This document shows positions 10,137 to 19,346 of a DNA stretch of 64,000 bases, one piece after another; position 1 is the stretch's first letter; every line of letters starts with the position of its first letter. The notes under the pieces are model-generated. The model made no database searches, was not told where the DNA came from, and saw nothing but the letters and a program-made list of their open reading frames with translations. The position numbers and the translations under genes are program-made. The stretch comes from an uncultured virus (IMG/VR IMGVR_UViG_3300028179_000157) (taxonomy: Duplodnaviria; Heunggongvirae; Uroviricota; Caudoviricetes), in IMG/VR virus record IMGVR_UViG_3300028179_000157; one strand, 5' to 3'.

Positions 10137-11339
10137 TTACGATGCGATGGCGTCGGTGATGATCTCAATCACCTTGGCGCGGCCGGTCTTGCGGGTCAGG
10201 GTCAGCTTGGTCTTGATCTGACCGCGGTAGATCGACATGTTCGTCCCGTTGACAGTCGTATTGGTGACCCGCATGCCGGGGAACAGCGCTTGGTTGCTGC
10301 TGTCGGTCCGGAACTTGTAGGTGGTCTTACCCGACCCGGAGTTGCTCAGGTTGCCGATGACGACGCCGGTATCCTTGTTGACCAGACGCAGGCGCGTGGC
10401 ATCGGTGGGCAGGTATTCGACCCGGCACGTAACCTTCTTCTCGCCCGAGCCATTCGGGAACGCCGTCGTGACCTCCAGTTCGACATCGTAACCCTCCAGG
10501 ATATCCTGGAACTTGTTCTGCTCGGCGGTCAGCTGGAAGCCGAAGGCAACCTGCCAGCTTCGAGCATAACCGAAGTTACTGTGCGAACCGGTGGCGGTAC
10601 TGATCGGGTAGACGCCATCTGCATTCGGGTCAACGCCAGTGCCGCCGGTGGTATCCCAGCCACCCCTGGTATTGAAGGCACGCACGAACGCCACCACCTC
10701 GCCGTTCTTGGCGAAGTTGAAACCCTTGCGGTTGTCGGCGATGCCGCTCGAAACAATGGCCGCAAAATGACCATCCGGAGCCAGGGCATTGCGTTCGAAG
10801 ATGATGTTGTTCAGGGACGGCGTGTTGGCGTTCGGATAACCGAAGCCATCCAGATCCGACTTGGTCAGGCGGTCGCTCAGCGGGGAGCGGGTCAGGTCCA
10901 GGAACAACGCCACCTGGCCGATGTAGCCCAGCGAGTTGGGCACCGCCTTCAGGACGAACTCACCGGGGATATTGTCGGCCGACGGAGCCGGGGAGATTTC
11001 CATCTCCAGGTTGGAAAGACGCGTGTCGTACTCGGCATTGATGCGCGAGATGATGTCTTCCTTGGAGGCGCCCTTGGGCACTGCCAGCTCGACCCCGCCA
11101 CCGAAGTAGCGATTCAGGTCGCGGCGATGGTAGTCGACCTTGACGCTCTTGTTCCAGGGGGCATCCGGATCGGCGATGACTTCGGTACGAGTGTTGGCGT
11201 CGCTGCCTTCGATCGGTTCGGCCAGACTGTTGGGCAGGCCGAAGTCGATCTGCTCGCGCTCGATCGTACTTTCGTTTTCACTGTTGATCAGATTCAGCAA
11301 CAACTTGTCGCTGGTCTGAGGCTGTTCATTTTCGCTCAT
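10137..11339 (-). CDS. Tail fibre/adhesin-like paralog 7
   Basis: N-module (LLNLINSENE...PDAPWNKSV...DLDGFGYP) without the Cys residues. Confidence 0.8.
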   Translation of the reverse strand: MSENEQPQTSDKLLLNLINSENESTIEREQIDFGLPNSLAEPIEGSDANTRTEVIADPDAPWNKSVKVDYHRRDLNRYFGGGVELAVPKGASKEDIISRINAEYDTRLSNLEMEISPAPSADNIPGEFVLKAVPNSLGYIGQVALFLDLTRSPLSDRLTKSDLDGFGYPNANTPSLNNIIFERNALAPDGHFAAIVSSGIADNRKGFNFAKNGEVVAFVRAFNTRGGWDTTGGTGVDPNADGVYPISTATGSHSNFGYARSWQVAFGFQLTAEQNKFQDILEGYDVELEVTTAFPNGSGEKKVTCRVEYLPTDATRLRLVNKDTGVVIGNLSNSGSGKTTYKFRTDSSNQALFPGMRVTNTTVNGTNMSIYRGQIKTKLTLTRKTGRAKVIEIITDAIAS

Positions 11340-11390
11340 TTGAACGACTCCATTAGTGGGCTGAGTGGATTGATCGTATCCCTCCTAGGA

Positions 11391-11432
11391 CATAGGATTG
11401 GTCTTTATAAAACGACGCCACCCAATCTTATG
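11391..11432. promoter_or_regulatory. Candidate divergent late promoters (inverted CCAATC(C/T)TATG)
   Basis: CATAGGATTGG at 11391-11401 and CCAATCTTATG at 11422-11432 within an AT-rich divergent intergenic region. Confidence 0.5.
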
Positions 11433-11490
11433 GCTACCACGAAAACATCAACTCATTGATGCTTTCTTTTCCCCTTAACGGAGTCCTTGC

Positions 11491-12573
11491 ATGCATAGCC
11501 AGCCTCCCTTCCCACGCGGTGGCAATCAGCCCCCTGGGAACTTTCCGGATCAAGACAGTTGGAGCGCGGCCCCGCCGGTACATGGACGTCGGCCTCCTGC
11601 ACATGGTCACCACGATCCGCACAATCATGGCCACTCGCACCCGCGCCCTGATCACCGGCACTACGAGCATTTCCCGCATCAGCATCGCCACCCTGAAGCG
11701 TGGCAGTGCCCCGAGCCGATCTTCCCGTACAACAAACCGGGCAAGCATGTCCTGATTGATCTGATCAACCGGGCCAACGAAACCGACTTCTCTCCTGATC
11801 AGCTTGAACTGAGTGCACCGGCCGCACTTGGCAACACGCTGACCCAGGTGCACATCACCCCGACGCAGAAGACCGGGTGGTGCAGCAGCGATACCTTCAC
11901 CTACCATCGCATGTTGATGGAGGCGTATCTGGGCAAGACCCACATCAACCTGCATGTGGACGCCCGGATGACCAAGGAAAGCGTCGCCCAAGCCATGCGT
12001 GATCGTTACCGCATCTGGCTGGACATGGAAGACTTCGACGTGGACTTCTCCAACTGCCCGCCGAGTTGGCTGCAGCGTGGTCATTTCCTCGCGCGCCTGC
12101 GCTTCCGTCCGAACTGCCTGGTGTGGATCGGTGCAATGGAAGTGGTCCTGATCCCGGACAATCGTCTCAGTGCGATGATCTGCGTCACCGATCTTTCCGG
12201 CTTCATCTATCCAGACCATCTCGGTGGACAGGGTCGCAAGCAACTGGCCGAGTCGTACTACCAGGATTTGGAAGGCACCATCCTCTTCCAAAACCTGTTG
12301 AAGTATCGTGTCGGTGAACCGGTGCGTACCCACGACGGCAAGTGGCGCGATGGCACGCGACTGACTGGCGACTTCTGGATCTCTTCCCCGCAGGAAGTTG
12401 AGTTCAATGTCTCCGGCGCTCGCATCCTGTACAACGGTCGCAATGATGGTCCGTGGCACTGCGGCTGTGATGACTACAGCCATGTACTGGTGATCGAGCT
12501 TGGCCCGCTGTGCAAGAACCTGCGCGGCAAGCTGGTCATCCCCTACGACGTGCGTCGTGAGAAGCCTTACTAA
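11491..12573 (+). CDS. Virion structural protein with His/Pro-rich N-tail and the shared N-module
   Basis: NKPGKHVLIDLINRANE...DLSGFIYP module follows ~75 aa of His/Pro-rich sequence; GGAG RBS. Confidence 0.75.
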   Translation: MHSQPPFPRGGNQPPGNFPDQDSWSAAPPVHGRRPPAHGHHDPHNHGHSHPRPDHRHYEHFPHQHRHPEAWQCPEPIFPYNKPGKHVLIDLINRANETDFSPDQLELSAPAALGNTLTQVHITPTQKTGWCSSDTFTYHRMLMEAYLGKTHINLHVDARMTKESVAQAMRDRYRIWLDMEDFDVDFSNCPPSWLQRGHFLARLRFRPNCLVWIGAMEVVLIPDNRLSAMICVTDLSGFIYPDHLGGQGRKQLAESYYQDLEGTILFQNLLKYRVGEPVRTHDGKWRDGTRLTGDFWISSPQEVEFNVSGARILYNGRNDGPWHCGCDDYSHVLVIELGPLCKNLRGKLVIPYDVRREKPY

Positions 12574-12648
12574 GCCTCTGTAGAGAATTACCTCTAGCAC
12601 GCTATCGTATAGCGCGACTTACGTCAAAACGAACAAAGGTATTCCCAC

Positions 12649-13509
12649 GTGAAAATCATTACCCGTACTGGCTACGGCTGCCTGCGTCAGACCGAGCTGC
12701 TGATCGGCAAGCCCTACAAGGCGCTGCCCAACAGCACACTCAACGAGAAGTTCGAAGTACAGGCCAACGTGGTCCCCGAAGCTGGCAAGATACCCTACCT
12801 TGGCTACTACAGCATCGGTCAGGGTGGTCACCGCAACGAGACCGGCGCCGATGGCTTCCCGCTGACCAGCCCGATCGACCATCGTCCCACCGACGCTGGC
12901 CTGTTCCGCTTCCTGCCGTTCGTCTTGCGTGAGCTGACCAACGACCTGGACAGCGGCGCCCGCAGTCGCTATGCGATGCGCAAGATCATCCAGGTGGATG
13001 GCCGCAACTACGTGGCGTACTACCTGAAGAAGATCCCGATGGACTCGGTGTCCCCGGACATCTACTACAACCGTGTGGTCGATGGTCAGGTCACCACGAC
13101 CCCGTTCCGTCCGGACAACAGCAACCTCAACCCGACCCCGCCGGAGATCCCCAACACCGGCACCGTCACCACCTCGGGCGACTACCTGTCCGTGTCGGCG
13201 ATCCTGCCGCTGGACTTCACCGCCAACGACGTGGCCGAGCTGGTCAACGCGATCCGCATCCTGTACAAGGACGAGCGTTACGCGGTGATCTCGGAAATCG
13301 CCATGGTCACTGCATCGGCCAAGGTTGTCACCGGTCCGGGTCCGGGTAACACCACGATCCAGTACGAAGAAGCAGTGGCTGCACAGATCGCCGCCCACAT
13401 GACCGGCCACTACCCGGTGGGCTTCACCAACATGGGCTTCAACCTGAAGGTGAACCTGGGCGCGACCGAGCCGATGTTCAAGCCGTCGGCTGTTACCACC
13501 GGTAACTAA
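12649..13509 (+). CDS. Conserved jumbo-phage virion structural protein
   Basis: 286-aa ORF with very strong codon bias; lies just upstream of RuvC, as recalled for phiKZ-like phages. Confidence 0.65.
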   Translation: MKIITRTGYGCLRQTELLIGKPYKALPNSTLNEKFEVQANVVPEAGKIPYLGYYSIGQGGHRNETGADGFPLTSPIDHRPTDAGLFRFLPFVLRELTNDLDSGARSRYAMRKIIQVDGRNYVAYYLKKIPMDSVSPDIYYNRVVDGQVTTTPFRPDNSNLNPTPPEIPNTGTVTTSGDYLSVSAILPLDFTANDVAELVNAIRILYKDERYAVISEIAMVTASAKVVTGPGPGNTTIQYEEAVAAQIAAHMTGHYPVGFTNMGFNLKVNLGATEPMFKPSAVTTGN

Positions 13510-13526
13510 TCCAGCGAGGTTCTCTT

Positions 13527-14147
13527 ATGCTGGTGATGCCGGATCGAGGTAGGGAGTACCGGGTGCTCGGAGTCGACCCCGGTGGTTTCTGTCTAGGTGC
13601 AGCAATCTTGGAGATCAACTTCGAGACCTCTACCGTTGAGGTCATCCACGCTGATACTGTCCATACCGGCAATGCTGATGTCCGATACCCCGTGTTGCAT
13701 GAAGTGCACGGGGGTCGGGTTCCTCGACATCGAATGCTGGAGGACGAGATTGCTTGCCTCCTGCGCACATTCGAACCCAATGCGGTGATTTCCGAATCGC
13801 CGTTTATGCGCAAGTTTGCCAAGGTCTTCCATGCGCTGATCGAATGTGTTTACCTTCTCCGTTTCGCACTGCGACAGTTTGATGAATACATCCCGCTGTT
13901 GGCAGTGGATCCTCCATCGGTGAAGATGGCTGTGGGCGGTACTGGTAAGAGCGATAAGGACGCAATGAAGCGTCTGGTTTGCAAAGTACCTAATCTTACC
14001 TTTGCCGAGGGCATCGATTACGATTCACTGGATGAACATTCCGTGGACGCAATTGCTATCGCCTACTGCCACTGCGCACACCTGCTAGGTTGCGCTAGAG
14101 AGGTTAAACCCAATGAAAATGCGCGACGCCGTAAAGGTCGTCGGTGA
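13527..14147 (+). CDS. ruvC: Holliday junction resolvase RuvC-like
   Basis: VLGVDPG, ISESP, P..VK.AV.G.G.S.K, DEHSVDAIAIA catalytic acidic motifs. Confidence 0.9.
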   Translation: MLVMPDRGREYRVLGVDPGGFCLGAAILEINFETSTVEVIHADTVHTGNADVRYPVLHEVHGGRVPRHRMLEDEIACLLRTFEPNAVISESPFMRKFAKVFHALIECVYLLRFALRQFDEYIPLLAVDPPSVKMAVGGTGKSDKDAMKRLVCKVPNLTFAEGIDYDSLDEHSVDAIAIAYCHCAHLLGCAREVKPNENARRRKGRR

Positions 14148-14586
14148 ACTGACCCTGGCGGATTTTCCCTGGGGTCAGCGCATTGTCGACTATACCAACG
14201 ATTTCCTGGAAGAGGCTGAGGTCACCTTGGCCACCACGGGCGTTGAGCTGTTGGCTGAGATCGGCAAGCTGCCTGTGGAAAAGCAGGAAGCGTTGCTGGC
14301 TCTGTCGTTGAAGATTCGCAAGGTCGCCAAGAAGACCGTCAAGAAGGAAAAGAAGCACGCTGGGTTGATCGAGTCCTTGGTCAAGAACCCGCGGTTGCTG
14401 ATGCTGATGTTGGTGCTCACCGCTTCGGTGGTCATCGCTTTCCTGGTCATCCTGGCGGTCAACGCATCAGCCGTGAAGAACGGCACTGCCCCGGATCAGG
14501 GATTGATCGATGCGGTGTTTAAGTTCCTGATTGAACTTGTCAAGGCATTCACGGGCTCCGGAGCTACTCCCACCCCCGCGATGTAG
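14113..14586 (+). CDS. Membrane protein
   Basis: Hydrophobic helix LLMLMLVLTASVVIAFLVILAV preceded by a basic stretch. Confidence 0.6.
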   Translation: MKMRDAVKVVGELTLADFPWGQRIVDYTNDFLEEAEVTLATTGVELLAEIGKLPVEKQEALLALSLKIRKVAKKTVKKEKKHAGLIESLVKNPRLLMLMLVLTASVVIAFLVILAVNASAVKNGTAPDQGLIDAVFKFLIELVKAFTGSGATPTPAM

Positions 14587-14622
14587 CGCACCTTAGTCTA
14601 GCTGCGCGATAAAGATTCAGGT

Positions 14623-14659
14623 CATATCGCCCCTCCCCGAAGGGAGGGGCTTTATGCCG
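14623..14659. terminator. Bidirectional hairpin between convergent genes
   Basis: GCCCCTCCC-CGAA-GGGAGGGGC-TTTATGCCG abutting the minus-strand stop codon. Confidence 0.75.
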
Positions 14660-15343
14660 TTACGGGACTTTCTTGTTGAAGGTGATCTTCAGGCGACCTT
14701 CCCTGGGGAAGGGCATGAACTCGGTCGGCACCGCCACCTGGAGGAGGCCGAACTTGGCGCGGAACGACGGATTGGTTGCAGTACCTTCCCGCATGGCGGT
14801 GGGTAAGATATCCGTGGCGTAGACCTGCGCCTCGCCGCTGTTCGGAGTGAACTCAAACTCCACATCGCTGATGGCCCAGTCGATCGTCGTGCTATCGTCA
14901 GCGTTGATGACACGATCGTTGACCATCAGAACGAGCGTATCCCACTGTCCGGTGTTACCGCCGCCAGGAGTGGCGAGGATACGACCAATGGTAGCTGAGA
15001 GCACCTGACTGACACTGGTGGTCAACAGATACCCAAGCGGCTGATCGTTTCGGACCGTACCCGAGTAACGACGGGCAGCGTGGTAGCCGACTCGTGGAGA
15101 GCCACCATCGCTGAGACTGTCATTGCCAACGAAGGCCTCGAAGACGATCTTGGTGAAGGGCGGACCACTGGGGGCGTCGTCGAAGATCGGAAGCATGGCG
15201 CCGTTGACCTTCTGCCAACCCTTCACGATCGACACCTGCCGACCAACCCAGTTGCCGTTTTCAAAGGACTGGGTAATGAGGGAAGGTTTCACGGTCAACA
15301 TCTGCCCACTGCGCTTGGTGAGAAAGTCAATCTTCCGAGCCAT
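14660..15343 (-). CDS. Hypothetical, possible fibre tip protein
   Basis: ATG at 15343 with AAGGAGGAGGAG RBS; GWQKVNG..LPIF motif typical of fibre segments. Confidence 0.55.
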   Translation of the reverse strand: MARKIDFLTKRSGQMLTVKPSLITQSFENGNWVGRQVSIVKGWQKVNGAMLPIFDDAPSGPPFTKIVFEAFVGNDSLSDGGSPRVGYHAARRYSGTVRNDQPLGYLLTTSVSQVLSATIGRILATPGGGNTGQWDTLVLMVNDRVINADDSTTIDWAISDVEFEFTPNSGEAQVYATDILPTAMREGTATNPSFRAKFGLLQVAVPTEFMPFPREGRLKITFNKKVP

Positions 15344-16025
15344 GCTCCTCCTCCTTACCTTCGCACTGGGCAATGAAGCCGTTGGTGCGGAAGTGATCAG
15401 CCGCGGCAGCCATCAAGTCCCCACCGACCTTGTAGGGATGGTCGAATTCCAACACACCGAGCTTGCTCGGATCCCACTCGCCGGTGATGGTGGAACCACC
15501 TTCGCAGTAGGAAATCCCCTCGTAGCTGATCTTGTCGTAGACCTGCTCCAAGTTCATGTTGTCCGGCGACTGCCACACGGCACGGTGGGTGACCGCACGC
15601 ACGCCTACCTTCACATCGTCCTTGGTGGAGGTGACGATACGTGCCTTGTGGCCGTTAACCCGACGAACCATCTCATCGGGGGAGACCATCGAACGCTTGC
15701 CCGGAACGACCACGGTCAGGAAGTCGGCGATGGCGATCTTCTCCAACTGTTCGATCGTGTAGTCACCATCCTTGATGAGCACACCGAACTTCGCACCATT
15801 CAGGTACGGAGTGGCGTTGACGTAGTCGCGGTCCTTCTCCGGCTGGTTCTTCCAGAGCACCAGTGTGTACACCAGTGCACGGAAGTTGACCGGCTGGGGA
15901 GCGCTGTGCAGTTCGAGCTTGTTGATCCGCATGATCGCCCGGTAGATGGTCGAGCCGCCCACCGGGAGATTGGCGACTACGAACATGCCGCGGTTGTTGT
16001 CGACGATGTTTTCTTCATCGGCCAT
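15327..16025 (-). CDS. Hypothetical protein
   Basis: 232-aa codon-biased ORF tightly coupled to its neighbours. Confidence 0.65.
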   Translation of the reverse strand: MADEENIVDNNRGMFVVANLPVGGSTIYRAIMRINKLELHSAPQPVNFRALVYTLVLWKNQPEKDRDYVNATPYLNGAKFGVLIKDGDYTIEQLEKIAIADFLTVVVPGKRSMVSPDEMVRRVNGHKARIVTSTKDDVKVGVRAVTHRAVWQSPDNMNLEQVYDKISYEGISYCEGGSTITGEWDPSKLGVLEFDHPYKVGGDLMAAAADHFRTNGFIAQCEGKEEEHGSED

Positions 16026-16028
16026 GAC

Positions 16029-16406
16029 TTAGGCTCCCGTCTGGAACCAGACCGCACCATCGGGCAGGTTGTTGATTTCCGCCTGGGTTGGTGCGTGGTC
16101 GGCCACGACGAACATGGTGATCTGCTCGGAGGTCGGACGACTACCGATGCCGGACTGGATCGCCTGCTGCATCTGGGCGTTCGTCGGACGCGAGGACAAG
16201 CCATCGGTCAAGGCCTGCTTGGTAGCCAGATCCTTGGTCGCGTCGCTGATGGCGGTGTTGACAGCCTGCGTGCTCGGCTTGGAGCTCAGGCCCTCGGTGA
16301 GCGCCTGCGTGGTTGCGTAGCCTTTCAGCTTGTCAACCACAGATGTCACGAAGTCTTCGATCGACTTCTTCAGTGCCTGCAAGAGGGCGGGGGTGCTGTC
16401 GCTCAT
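16029..16406 (-). CDS. Small fibre-like protein with internal repeats
   Basis: AT.QALT(E/D)GLSS(K/R)P repeated; C-terminal APT...PDGAVW motif. Confidence 0.65.
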   Translation of the reverse strand: MSDSTPALLQALKKSIEDFVTSVVDKLKGYATTQALTEGLSSKPSTQAVNTAISDATKDLATKQALTDGLSSRPTNAQMQQAIQSGIGSRPTSEQITMFVVADHAPTQAEINNLPDGAVWFQTGA

Positions 16407-16415
16407 GATTACCTC

Positions 16416-19331
16416 TTATTTCCAGATGAGGGTGCCGGGTCTGCTGGGCAGTCCGCCACTGACGGGGATACCTTGGCCGCATGGTGCAATCGACAGTCTG
16501 CCACCACCGTAACCAATCACCTTGTTCATCATCAGCCGCTCGATGGCTGAGCCGTTGGTAATGATCGTGCCGATGTGCATCCGCTGAGCGGTATCGGCAT
16601 ACTTGGTCTGGGTGATTTCATATCCCGGACGAGGGACAGTGACCGCGTAGACGTGGAACGTCTTGTTTGCGGGGTTAGCGATGACGTCTGCCAAGTTGAA
16701 CGAAGCTGGCTGGAGTTCATAATAACGTCCGCCCAGCACCAACGGTTCGACCTGATTGAACGAGACGGTCCACGCCGAGGCCATCTGTGCGCTGGCCAAC
16801 ACGATCCACTTGGTGCGATCTTGTTCGATTGCCCAGTTCTTCATCATCTCAGCATTACTGGCCACAGGGGCGAGCAGCGCCTTGGTAACAAAGTCAGCAT
16901 CACCGTTGGTGTCAATCATCTCACACAGACCAACGCCAGCCAGCGCCACGATGCCACGCAGGTTGGGCGCGGAGTTGGAGCGACGTGCTGCCCAGTAGGT
17001 GCCATCGACCACCTTGCCATCGGAACGACGCAAGGCAAAGCGAGAATCGAAGATCGCCGCTGCGCCTGAGTTGTTGTGGCTGTTGGCCATGCGCAAACCG
17101 ATCAGGTAAGTATCGGCCGTCTGGTAGGCTTGGAAATAAGCCGACCTGCGGGAGATGTCCTGCACACCGATGGTGTACGTGCTGGGTCCACCGGCTACTC
17201 GCACGCTACCAATCAGATCCTTCAGAGTCGGAGTGATAGCATTGAATCGAGCAGAGTTTAGCGTCCATGCATAGACCCACGTGCTGCCGTCCTCAAATAC
17301 CACCGGGACGTTCAGGATGGGAGGCAGGTCCGCCATCTCAGTTGTGATGATCTCCAACGCCATGGAGCGAGGCACATTCGGAGCCATGGCTGCCACAACA
17401 GCCAGTCGCAGGTTCTCCAGCGGACCGGATGCGATGTTGATGGGGATGGATGCCGTCCCATCGGCCGCCAAACGCATCATACCGCCACCGCGCAGTCCGT
17501 TGGCTATCACGCCAAGGCTCGTGGTGACCGTGCCGTTGGTGGCCACTACGGAGGCGGGATAGATGGTGTCCTGATAATGGTCAACAACATCACTCACGAA
17601 CATTCGACGCGTGCTCGGAGCAAAGCCGGTGTAGCTGCCATTGTAGAGCGACTTGTAGGTGAAGCCACTCGCCCCGATGGAGAACAGGGCGTGAGCGGCC
17701 GTACTCTGGCCATCGTTCCGACGTCCGAAGCTGTGGACCAGCCAACCCGAGGGAATCGGAACAGGGGAGCTGTTGAACTGACCCAGTGCCGATGGTGCAG
17801 GCGGATAGGAGTTGTCGCCAGTTGCCCACTGCGTACGCGGGCAGGTCATCGGCAGGTAGCCATTGACCTTCGGGCTATTCGGACCAGCTGCAGACTTGCC
17901 GCGGTTGAAGCGGTTCGGACTGAACTGGTAGTAGCCGTCGGTGAACACGTAGACCGTGCCATCATCTGCCACCGTGAGCGATGCCTGCTGATCGCTGTCC
18001 CCGTAGCCGAGATACTCGCTGTTGGGCATGGTGTACGTCGGACCACTGACCGTAGCAGTATCGGCAATGTCACTGACGATAACCTTGGCCGGGGGATTGT
18101 CAGGCAACGACCCAGCACCAGCCTTCACTTCGAAGTGAGACGACGTCGGGGTCAACGTGAGCTCGTATTCGAAGTTGAACCGGTGAGTGAGGAAGCCGGA
18201 GAAGTTGGTGATGCTGGTACGCCGCACCCCTCGGAAGCATCCCTTCACCTTGCCCGAGACCGGGTCGTAGATCGAGAAGATCGAGGGACGATGATTGACA
18301 CCCACGAACGGGCGCAACGTATCGCGAGCACCGGGGCAGTGGAAGAACGGCTTGTCCGACACCACCCTGGAAGCGATGCACTCGGTGAGACGATGGATGT
18401 TGGCCGGCGTACCAGCGCGAGGCGTTTCGCCGTACAGATCCTTCGTCGTGCAGTTGGCGATGCGGATGGGCTCAACCAGCGCCTGATTGCCCGCGGAGAA
18501 TGCGGCGATCGGGAAGAAGTGAACAGCGAAGTCCAGCTTCTGGTTCTGGTTGTCGCGCACGTCAGCCATCGTGAGGACGTAGACTCCCTCAGGCTTCAGG
18601 ATGCACTCGCCACGATGCAGGTAGTCGCCAAACCACGTCGGGTCGATCAGGATGCCACGATGATTGGCTCCGAAGATCGAACCATCCATCAGCGAGATGA
18701 AGCACTCACCAAACTCGCCAGTGGCCAGGTTCTGCACCTTACCTGCGATCACACCAGCGCCGCCCTGGAACACGTAGGCGCTCGTCTTACCTGCCGGGAA
18801 GTACGGAGCCTTGTAGCGGTTGTTGGTGTAGATCATCGTGCCGCGTGCGGCCGTGGAGGCGTCTTCGCTGTAGCAGAGGAACGCGCCGATGTTACCGCCG
18901 TCCGTACCGTTGCGAATCAGAGCGACCGAACCATCCGGCTCCACGTTCATCACCGACCAGCGAATCTCCTGATAACGGAAGGCTGCTTCGAAAGCACCCG
19001 AGGTATCAATCGGGTACTCGTTCTGTCGACCGAAGCTGATCACCGGACATGCGTCCGCGGGCAGGGTCGTCTCCAGAGCCGACAGGAGCGTCGGCTTGTC
19101 GTAGGAACCCACCTGCGCGGCAGTGACACCGTGCGGGTTGTTGGTGCGCCCTGAGTGCGCCATGAAGCGTTCTACGAAGGCGTAGTACCAATCCGTGAAG
19201 ACGTTGCCGCCAAGATTGGTAGTGTCATCCGAAGTGATCGCACCATTGGGTTTGAGCTTGGACTTTGCGATAGCGGATGCGAGGAAGGCATCCAGCTTCG
19301 CTCGCATTGCCGCCAATCCTTTCGTACTCAT
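16416..19331 (-). CDS. Large tail fibre/baseplate protein (phiKZ gp145/146-like)
   Basis: 971 aa; NPHGVTAAQVG motif; paralog of the upstream gene. Confidence 0.75.
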   Translation of the reverse strand: MSTKGLAAMRAKLDAFLASAIAKSKLKPNGAITSDDTTNLGGNVFTDWYYAFVERFMAHSGRTNNPHGVTAAQVGSYDKPTLLSALETTLPADACPVISFGRQNEYPIDTSGAFEAAFRYQEIRWSVMNVEPDGSVALIRNGTDGGNIGAFLCYSEDASTAARGTMIYTNNRYKAPYFPAGKTSAYVFQGGAGVIAGKVQNLATGEFGECFISLMDGSIFGANHRGILIDPTWFGDYLHRGECILKPEGVYVLTMADVRDNQNQKLDFAVHFFPIAAFSAGNQALVEPIRIANCTTKDLYGETPRAGTPANIHRLTECIASRVVSDKPFFHCPGARDTLRPFVGVNHRPSIFSIYDPVSGKVKGCFRGVRRTSITNFSGFLTHRFNFEYELTLTPTSSHFEVKAGAGSLPDNPPAKVIVSDIADTATVSGPTYTMPNSEYLGYGDSDQQASLTVADDGTVYVFTDGYYQFSPNRFNRGKSAAGPNSPKVNGYLPMTCPRTQWATGDNSYPPAPSALGQFNSSPVPIPSGWLVHSFGRRNDGQSTAAHALFSIGASGFTYKSLYNGSYTGFAPSTRRMFVSDVVDHYQDTIYPASVVATNGTVTTSLGVIANGLRGGGMMRLAADGTASIPINIASGPLENLRLAVVAAMAPNVPRSMALEIITTEMADLPPILNVPVVFEDGSTWVYAWTLNSARFNAITPTLKDLIGSVRVAGGPSTYTIGVQDISRRSAYFQAYQTADTYLIGLRMANSHNNSGAAAIFDSRFALRRSDGKVVDGTYWAARRSNSAPNLRGIVALAGVGLCEMIDTNGDADFVTKALLAPVASNAEMMKNWAIEQDRTKWIVLASAQMASAWTVSFNQVEPLVLGGRYYELQPASFNLADVIANPANKTFHVYAVTVPRPGYEITQTKYADTAQRMHIGTIITNGSAIERLMMNKVIGYGGGRLSIAPCGQGIPVSGGLPSRPGTLIWK

Positions 19332-19346
19332 CTTTCACCTTTCTGT

